Positions 54,557-64,000 of a DNA stretch of 64,000 bases are shown one piece after another. The stretch comes from Eledone cirrhosa (taxonomy: Eukaryota), in contig OZ024745.1 of assembly GCA_964016885.1 (NCBI GenBank), forward strand, positions 59,086,001 through 59,150,000, read 5' to 3'. Positions within the stretch are counted from its first letter, which is position 1. Each line of letters opens with the position of its first letter. A program made the position numbers and the translations under genes. The notes under the pieces were generated by a model. The model saw nothing but the letters and a program-made list of their open reading frames with translations, made no database searches and was not told where the DNA came from.

Positions 54557-54725
54557 TGGTGGTGGTTAAAATAGTGGTAGTAGTATTAGTAGTAATGGTG
54601 GTAGTAGTGGTAGTAATAGTGGTGATGGTAGTAGTGGTAGTAATAGTGGTGATGGTAGTAGTGGTAGTAATAGTGGTGGTGGTAGTAGTGGTAGTAATAG
54701 TGGTGGTGGTAGTAGTAGTAGTGGT
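54557..54725. repeat. (GTA/GTG)n trinucleotide repeat
   Basis: Source of the spurious poly-Val ORF; a second tract at 58612-58745. Confidence 0.9.
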
Positions 54726-56822
54726 TATTACTATGGGAAGAAATCAACACCTTATAATCTTTTCAGGTTTTATGAATAAATTAACCAACTTTTTACCCAA
54801 AATATTCAAATTAGCCAGAAATTCTTTGTCTTTCTCTCTCATAAGAATTATTACATTTTACATATTTATATAATTCTCTGTTCATTTCTGTCTTACAATT
54901 AAAGACAATAAAAAAAAAAATGTAATAATAAGTGAGACAAAAATGTAAGATTTAATTTCCTGGATAAAAGTAATATTGGAAATGAGTGAAACAACAATAA
55001 TACTTTGTATTCAAAATTGTTACTGTAAAACCAAAAATAATGATATCTTAGCTCAATCAAATAATGAAGACATTACCCCCCCCCCCCCACACACACACTC
55101 CACCCCACCACTATACTCTCAAGTTATGTCAGGTTGTGAAGGCAGAGAAATAAGACTGCTTTACAGTATTTGTTCCAGCTCTCTATCCTGCCATAATCAA
55201 CTTTGTCTCTCATCCTTTGAAGGTTGATAAAAAAAATCCCCAGTTCAGTACTTGGGTTGATTCTTCCTGTATAGTAAGTTGATATCAAAAAGGTGAAAGG
55301 CCTCCAATGGCCAGGTGATGGTGTCGAATGGCCAGCTGGTGATGTTGAACCAGGTAACAAATTAAGTAAATTACTCAATATTTCCAATGAGCATACAACC
55401 TTTTCCATCAATACACATAACTTTGTTTTTGTTCAAACCCAGACATAGATGATCCAATCTTGACTGTTCCTTTTTTCTTTTCAGACAACATATCTAGGAC
55501 CATATTATACAATATGTTCTTCTTTTAAGCCTTTTTGATACCAACCCATGTGAAACTACTCCTGGATTTATGATACAAAACTATTCCTTATAAAATGTCT
55601 ATACTATATTAAATCCTTCTTTTATTTAAGAAATTTTCAAGTAAATATCAGCTTCCTAATCATTGAATTTCTCCAAATTTTTGAATATTTGCAAAATTAA
55701 TTGAAACACACGTACAGTTCATTAGAAATACTGTAATGAAAGGATTAATGACATAGGAAGTGTATTTCAATAGAAATATGGTAATAAAAGGGTTAATGAA
55801 ATAGGCAGGTATTTCATTAGATATATGGTAATGAAAGGATTAAAATCAAATAGTGAACTGTGTAACCCTTCTGATGCCAAATCTCCTGAAACCACCCTGG
55901 TTTTATGATACAAAACTGCACATATTAAAATATTTATCCTTATATTAAAACCTTCCATCATAATTATATTTTAGAAATTTTTCTGATGAAAAACTTAGTT
56001 ATTTTATTAAATTCCTTCAAATATTTGATTATTTTCAAAATTAACAGAAATGCATAGATAGTGTCTTTCATTAGAAATATGGTAATGAAAGGATTAAGAT
56101 GGTAAGGTATAGAGAGAAATTTCTTTGTCCAAGGAGGCTGATCGATACATGTAAATGGATTTTAAATACTTTACCATTAGAGGAAACTTCCCCCTTCCAC
56201 CATCTTTTATTATCCTTTTAGCCTGCTATATATATATATATATATAGGTGCCATCCAGTTCCACACTGTAAACATGGTTGGTGTTAGGAAGGGCGTCCAG
56301 GTATAAAAATCCCAGCCAAAATACAGTTCTGTCTGAGCAAGGTATGGGCATAGCCAGACTTGTCTCATGATATGGTGAACTGTCTAACCCATGCAAGCAT
56401 GGAAAGATAGATGTTAAACAGTGATCATATATATATATATATCCAAAATTAAGATAAATCAAAGTGAATTTAATCTAAATCAAAATTATGGGTGTCATGC
56501 CAGAAAGGCATGTGCCATATCACCCGTAAAATAAGCTCCAGTTGCTGATTTGAACTTAATGCGTAAACACAGATGGCTGGACTTCTTCCTTGTTGAAAAT
56601 CCAAGTATCGGCCTCCGTGGTTTACCATTCGATTAATTGGTGAAATATATTTCTTTAATGGAATATATACAGGGAAGATTAATCATATTATAAGGTATCT
56701 ATTTTTGAAGTTCTAGTTAGCTAGGTAAGTAACTAAATAAAGTTGTGTGCTTACACACTTGTAAAAATTATCCCCTGTGATTGTTTCATATGTTTATTTA
56801 TATGTTAATCAATTTCTAGTTG

Positions 56823-56866
<44 letters not shown>

Positions 56867-59164
56867 TATATATATATATACAGGGTGTCCCAAAAAATGT
56901 ATACACACTTCAACAGCATTCTAATAAATATTGCCTGTACAGGTAATCATATGCATTTTTTGGGACACCCTGTATATAATGGTAGTGGTGGTGGTGGGGG
57001 GGGATGTTATAAATTTATTTAATTTCAGATGCTTTATGTATCATGATGTTAATTATTTAAATATCATTGATAAATTAGAAAACCAGCTAATTCTACAATC
57101 TGATATTTTGTCTGTCACTGTTTCACCCTATCTTTCTTCTTACCACCCTTTTACTCCACACACCTGGCTTCAATAATTTCTGCAGTGAAATTCACTTTAA
57201 ACTGAATCAGACAGGAAATTAAAGTGGAGGAGGTGAGTGAAGGAGTCTGACTGTCAGCAGGCAGTAAGGCAGTACTGGGTGATGGTAATAGTAGCAAAGC
57301 TAAAATCTTAAAGTAGTTATCTGGAGCATGTTTGTTTAAAATTGCATTTATTTGATTATTGAGATAAAGTGCATTTCCATTCTGGGTATTCTGGTATATT
57401 ATTATGTCACTGTATAAATATAAAGTATAGAATTAAATATGTATGTATACAAACATATCGGGGTGGGGGGTATCATTGTTTTTAGAATAGACTCACTGTA
57501 TCCCTGTTTGTTATATGAAGAGATTAAATGGGTTGGCATTATTTATATAATTACATCCCTTTACGTTCTGAGTTCAAATTCTACCAAAGTTAAGCTTATG
57601 AGTACCAGTAACGCACTGGGGTTGATTTAATTGACTTTCCCCTCCCTAAAAATTGTTGGCCTTGTGCCTAAATCAAAAACCATTGTTATTCTGGTGTAAG
57701 CATGGCAACCTTTTTTGAGCAGTGGTCTGCATGATAAGGTGGGCCACACTACTAAAAGATTCCAGGCAATTTTGAAATGAAGTATGCCATTCTGAAAACC
57801 AAACTAGAAATAAAACATTAGTTTAGTTGACCATGAATGTCAGTGAAAGGAAGTTGCAGCTGGCAAGATTGATAGTGTTCCAGTTTGCCTGTCAGATGTT
57901 TGTTGTTAAACCACAGGTCAGCACCTGATCAAGCCAACCTATGATCAAAGGTCTTCTAGCCATGATCTTTTCATCATTTTTTAATTTTTTATCAGGAATA
58001 CTTTATTTAGGACTACATTATTCTTTTTTAAGATGATAGGCTATGTTTTCTGGGAGATTTGGTTGCTATTTGCAGATTAAGTAACCACATATAGGCTTCC
58101 CTTCAAAAATGTATTAGTTTGTATGTTGTCACTGGTGTTGCATTGTATCTCTATTTGTACATGAGTGATTGATACATCAGTCATCATTTCCTATTTCACT
58201 GCATGTGTTATTTGCTTTACTTTATTGACTTGTTTCAAAAATAAATACTAGTCTTTATTGACTAAATGTGCATAACCTAGTGGTTAAGGTGTTTGACTTA
58301 TGATCATTGTATACAACACTATTAAAAACTTCTCTCCTCTTTTCCCAAGACCAGAGACTCACCAGTCCACTGCTTATTCCAATTTTCATTGCATTGTGTT
58401 CTTGTGCAAAATACTTCATGTTGTTCCAAAACACTCAGCTGAAAATGAGTTCTACTAGTAACTGGAGGTTAACCCTGCACTGGACTGGCATCCTATCAAT
58501 GGATAAGTTCTGTACTCTTAGTATGCCATGGAAACTGGGATAAGCAATGGACTGGTGAGCCTCTGGTCTTGGGAAAAGAGGAGAGAAGTTTCTAATAGTG
58601 TTGTATACAAGCAGCAGTAGTAGTAGTAGTGGTGGTGGTAGTAGTGGTAGTAGTAGTAGTGGTGGTGGTGGTAGTAGTGGTAGTGGTGATGGTGGTAGTA
58701 GTAGTAGTAGTGGTGGTGGTGGTGGTTGTGGTAGTAGTAGTAGTAACAGCCGCAGCGCTAGAATGTCTGAAAAGTAGCTGATAGTTGTTGACAGCTATGA
58801 TTCACTTAAATAAGAATTATGCTTGCAATTGCCAGTATAGTACAATTCCATCCATCCATTACCACTACCATTACTATTCCTCCTCCTCCTCCATCATCAT
58901 CACCACCAAAGATAGATAACATGATATGGTAGCATAACATCTCTTCCACCCACTCCCTATACTGTTTATCAAGTGTACTGTATTACATCTCTACAAATAA
59001 GTAAACAGAAAACAATAATTAATTGAAGCAACTGAGTCATTATCTTCGACATCATCATCATCATCACCACTACCACTGGTTTAACCCTTTCAATATCATT
59101 TCTCATGAATGACAATGCTTATGGTTTTTAAATAACTTTGAAAATAATCAAGTATTTAGAATTT

Positions 59165-59357
59165 AATAATTGTTTCTACTTTTGGCACAAGGCCAGCAAT
59201 TACCCCAGTGTATTACTGGTGCTTTATTTTATCGACCTTGTAAGGATGAAAGGCAAAGTTAACCTCGGCGGGGTTTGAACTCAGACCGTAAAGGGGCGTA
59301 ACTCTATGTTACAATGCATGGCGTTCGACCCTCTACCGATACTGCCAATCCACCGCA
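59165..59357 (-). mobile_element. tRNA-SINE with Meta/MESC-type core (representative copy)
   Basis: Core GCCTTTCATCCTT..GGTCGATAAAATAAAG.ACCAG follows a GAGTTCAAA B box. Other copies at about 9580-9690, 10150-10300, 22310-22440, 28393-28575, 36070-36240, 38130-38320, 38660-38770, 42845-42990, 45150-45300, 48415-48600, 48802-48935, 52690-52830 and 55150-55260. Confidence 0.8.
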
Positions 59358-59799
59358 GAATTTAATAATATAACTAATTTTCTCATTTTCAAGCTGGTGT
59401 TTGGAACAAGATTATTATATATTCTTACATAAAATTGTGACAGAGAGTTTTTCGATAAATATAAATACTTTAACCCTTTTGTTTCCATATTTCTAATATG
59501 AAAGACACTGCCTATAATTTTCAAAATCATTTGAAAATAATCAAGAATTTGGAGGGATTTTGTTCATGAAAATCTTCCAGCATAATTTTATATAAGAACC
59601 TTTTGTCACAAATATTACCTTCATAAAGAAATAATAATTTTTGTAAAATCCTCCAAAATTTTTCATTTATTAATTCAAATACAGTGTATTTTATTAGAAA
59701 TGTAATAAAAGAGTTAAATTAACCAGTGTTTAAGATTGAGATATGAGACAATGATGAAATTGTTACTTTCAATTAACCCTGAACATTTCATACAAGTCT

Positions 59800-60510
59800 T
59801 CCTTTCCTGTTAGTCTATCTGTTATCCCACTACAGCTCTTGTGTCCTCAAGATTTACATTGTGTACATCGTATAGAGTTTATGCCTACTCTTTTTCTACA
59901 TATTGAGCCGAGCCACTTCCCTGATAGCATCTTGTTCTTATTTTTAGTTTTGGCTAAGTTTACTCTCTTCCCTTTTGATTCTAAATTTTGATTTGACAGT
60001 CGGAACCTATTCTTTAGTTCTTCCATAGTTTCAGCTATGCGTACCAAATCATCAGTGTACAGAAGTTCCCATAGACAGCCAGTCATAAACTCCACTGTTA
60101 TGGCTTGGAGAATTATGAGGAACAGCAGTGTGCTGAAGACCGAGCCCTGATAAGCTCCTATATGTACCTTAAATTCCTCTCTAAACTCATTTCCTACTCT
60201 CACTTTAAGTGGCTTGCACTGCTCTCACAAGCCATTCTTCTACACCTAATTTCCTTAAGGACCACCAGTTAACAGATTGAGGTTCTCTGTCAAAGGCCTT
60301 TTCTAGATCAACAAAAGCTAAATATAGTGGTTTATTTTTGGCTAGGAACTTCTCTTGTAGTCCCCTCACTACATGAGGGCATCAAAACCAAACTACATCT
60401 TGTCTAACTTTACTCTTTCCCTAATAAGCTGTGTAAGAACTCTTTCCATCATTTTTATAACTTGGCCCATTAGTTTTATTCCTCTAGTTACTCCTATCTA
60501 GAGTATCACC
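59800..60510 (-). mobile_element. Degenerate RTE RT fragment
   Basis: GAYQGSVFSTLLF...WELLYTDD; upstream KPLYLAFVDLEKAFDR at about 60285-60335. Confidence 0.8.
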
Positions 60511-60589
60511 TAAATAGATAAATAAAAATAAAAGAATGCATAAATACTTCATTAAGTCAGAATCCTCCAGAGGCCAAACAATTATAAAA

Positions 60590-63500
60590 ACTCACGCAAC
60601 AATATACATCTGTTCGAATCCTACGTCAGAAGCATCGACCCTGACTTCATCACAGTCACGGAAACATGGGCACATTCCTTACTCTGTGATGGGGTTTTCA
60701 CCATTACTGGGTACAACCTTTTCCGCAAGGACCGCATTAACCGCCGTGGTGGTGGTGTGATGGTCTACGTTCGTTCAAACTTTTCGGTAATTCCTTGCGT
60801 TGATTTGAACGAATCACAGGAAGAAGTTTTTTTCTGTGACATACGTATGACCATGTCAACACTTCTGCTTGGTGTTGTTTATCGCCCCCCAAACTACCAT
60901 CAGGACACACAGCTTTGCGATATCCTCAGATTTGCTGCCAAGAAAACAGCCACTTATGTGTTTATTGCAGGTGACTTCAATCATCCTGAGATCGATTGGG
61001 AAACCTTTCGTTGGCCACAGGGTGCAAACGATTTCCTTGAACTAGTGCTGGACTCAAACTGGTCACAAGTAGTCACCTCTCCAACAAGAGGTGACAACAC
61101 TTAGGACCTGATCTTCACCACTACTCCTGAAGTGGTTATCAGTTGTACTACTGAGGAACCTCTAGGCGACTCTGATCATGCTATGATCATTGCCAATCTG
61201 GCACTTGAGGGCAGCAACAAAAACCAGAGCCATCTCCAATCTGCTTGCTTTGATTGGAAGAGGGCAGATTGGAACTTGTACTGCACTGAGCTACAGCGCC
61301 CAAACTGGCATGAGATGTATAACTCTGGAGATGTGAACTCTATACTCCAGAGCATCCTGGACTCAATATGGATAGCGTGTGCAGCATCAGTGCCACGGAA
61401 GCGGAAAAATAACCACCCCAAAAGTGCAATCTGGGAAACTTCAGCAGTCCGACTTGCCAGGAAAGAACGTCGGAACGCTGAACGGGAATATAAACTGCAT
61501 AGATCAGATGCCAACAGAAAAAAGCGGAATAAATCTTCTAACCATCTCAAGCAAGTGACAAAGAAGGCAGTGCTTGAATTTGAACAGTGCATCGCAACCA
61601 ATCCCGACAGTAAGGTGTTCTGGAAATATGTTCATTCAAAGCAGAGACCTCACTCTCCAGTTGGTCCTCTTCGCAATCCCCACACAAGCCAGATCACTGA
61701 CGATCCCAAGGAGTGCGCAGAACTCATTGCTGAGTGCTATGCAAGTATTTTTACTGTTGAAAACCAGAATGTACCATCTCCACCATCTCTAACATCAAAT
61801 TCCATAACAACTATGGAATTTACACCTGCAATGTTGCGACGTCACCTTAAGAATAAGCGCAACTATGCCTCCCCTGGTCTTGATGGTGTGACATACCTGC
61901 TTCTCAAACGTGGCGGGGATTTCCTTTTGCGCCAGCTTTCTTTTTTCTTTCAATACTGTCTCAGCAATGGTGCTACTCCAGAGCAGTGGAAAACTGCCAG
62001 TGTCATTCCCCTGTTCAAAAAGGGCAACCGCATGTCACCTGTCAACTATCGTCCAGTCAGTCTTACTAGCTGTATGGCCAAACTGATGGAATCCTGTGTC
62101 AGAGAAACACTTTGGAACTTCTGGAGCTCTCACAGCCTCATCCGGCCCTCACAGTTTGGATTTATCCCTAACTCCAGCTGCTGTGATCAGCTTATCGAGT
62201 TCCTTGAGGACATCACCCGGATCACTGACAGCGGCTCATGGGTGGATGTTGTTTACCTTGACTTTGCTAAGGCTTTTAATTCTGTGCCACACAAAAGACT
62301 TATGGCAAAACTCTCTGCAATGGGTGTGAGGGATGATCTTTTCGACTGGCTGAAATCCTTCATTCTCAGCCGAAAGGAAGTAGTCACAGTTCTAGGACAG
62401 CATTCTTCACCATATGAGATGTCATCTGGTGTACCACAGGGATCTGTTCTTGGTCCTCTTTTGTTTGTGGCATATATTAATGACATAGATGCCAACTTAC
62501 AGAATGCCACGGTACTAAAATATGCAGATGACATCAAGCTGTACCTTGAAATCAAAAGGACTGATCCTGAAATTTACAACTCTTTCCTACAATCAGACCT
62601 GGACACAATGCAGCAATGGATCACAGACTGGCAACTGAAGCTGGCTGTGGACAAGTGTACCACCATGCATTTTGGAAGGAAAAATCCAGCGTCCACATAC
62701 TCCCTCCACAACACTGACATCAAAAAGTCCTCTTGTGAACGTGACCTGGGCATTACTGTCAGCAACGATTTGCGTTGGACAAAGCATGTCTCTAAGATTG
62801 TCAAGAAGGCCGAGGGTGTCTTGGCATCACTCAGCAAGACCTTTGTTAGCCGCTCTCCAGCCATCTATTTAAAACTGTATACAGCTATGGTGCGACCACA
62901 CTTGGAATTCGCATCATCAGTCTGGAACCCCTATCTTGCTCGGAACATTGACTTCCTGGAAACTGTTCAGAGACGTGCAACCAAGCGCATACCCTCCATC
63001 AGACACCTACCATACTCTGAACGCCTTGCTTCCCTGGGCATGGATTCATTGAAGCTCCGACGTCTGGCAGTGGACTTGGTGAATACCCACAAAGTTTTTA
63101 ACCATCTCGCCAACTGCAACCCTGAGCGCCTCTTTGATCTCCATGTATCTAACACACGTGGACATGCCTACAAGATAAGAAAACAGCACAGCTCCCATGA
63201 TTTTCGCAGACATTTTTTCACGCTCAGAGTTGCTGAAACATGGAACAAACTGCCTGCGTCAATTGTTAGCTGCCGAGACACTGCATCCTTTAAGACACTC
63301 ATGCTTCCCGAAATACGCCAAAACTACACCTGATGTGCCCCTTCCATACACATGCACACATGTGTGCACTGTTCATTTTACTGATGTTTGTGCATTGCCC
63401 TATGTACTGTACATGCACTTTTTTGATGGGTTGTGGTGCACCTGGGCACTGTGCACAATATTTCATTATTGTTATTGTTATTATATCATGACTCATACAC

Positions 63501-63592
63501 TGTTTATTTTCCTGACATTTGTACATTATTCTATGTACTATACATGCACCTTTGATGAGTTGTAGTGCACCTGAGCACTGTACACAATAATT

Positions 63593-63622
<30 letters not shown>
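60590..63622 (+). mobile_element. CR1-group LINE: near-complete ORF2 (APE endonuclease plus RT) and 3' UTR with (ATT)n tail
   Basis: TETW, RGGGV, YRPP, GDFN, LDL (TAG at 61102), SDH; NYRPVSLTS, YLDFAKAF, GVPQGSVLGP, YADD, RDLG, VRPHLE, TRGH, FF..RV..WN.LP; ORF ends at 63333. Confidence 0.93.
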
Positions 63623-63623
<1 letters not shown>

Positions 63624-64000
63624 GAACAAATTCTTACAAAATTCAACACACATTATAAATACTTACATATGTGCGCATACATACATATGCATACACACAC
63701 ACATAGACACACAAACAAAGTATTTTAAGGACTATCGGCTTAGTGGATTTCATATGAATTAAGATCTAGCATCCTGTTGAACTAAACATAACTCTTTTAT
63801 GACTGTATTTCTAATGAAATACACTTTGTTTCAATTAATTAATGAAGAATTTTGAAGGATTTACTAAAATTATTAATTATTTCATTACTAAATTAGTAAC
63901 TTAACAGATGGTTCTTATGTAAAATTATATTGTAAAATTATAATTTAAATAGGAACCGTTTTAAATGGGTAGTTTCATTTCATAAAACCAGAACTTGTTG

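Noticed and set aside
54556-54873. Poly-Val membrane protein ORF
   Set aside because: It is a (GTA/GTG)n repeat translation.
57186-57232. Possible KXD1 exon 2 (tgcag...GAG|GTGAGT)
   Set aside because: It does not encode the expected RFEKTNEML or KxDL sequence; at most a cryptic exon.

Overview
AT-rich, repeat-dense animal genomic DNA. The SINE types, RTE/CR1/Tx1/CRE LINEs and abundant (TA)n/(CA)n tracts suggest a cephalopod such as octopus (inference). Two host genes diverge. On the - strand is a JMY/WHAMM-family actin nucleation-promoting factor, with five in-phase coding exons from 11611 down to 6688; the rest lies left of the window. On the + strand is a KXD1 (BORCS4)-like gene whose first coding exon (50801-50922) is missing from the ORF track. 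Transposons include a full-length decayed Ty3/Gypsy element with both LTRs and a 5-bp TSD, a near-intact CR1-type ORF2, RTE, Tx1/L1 and CRE fragments, tRNA-SINEs and several MITE families. The most unusual structures are: (i) a 27-bp minisatellite whose unit carries NRF1-type and ETS-type motifs, held in three homologous cassettes; (ii) a cluster of long fold-back hairpins at 40.7-44.0 kb and a perfect 32-bp hairpin at 15.0 kb; (iii) a CpG-retaining domain at about 38-52 kb that contains a candidate bidirectional promoter; (iv) minimal hammerhead-like motifs. All coordinates and counts were read by eye; no searches were run.
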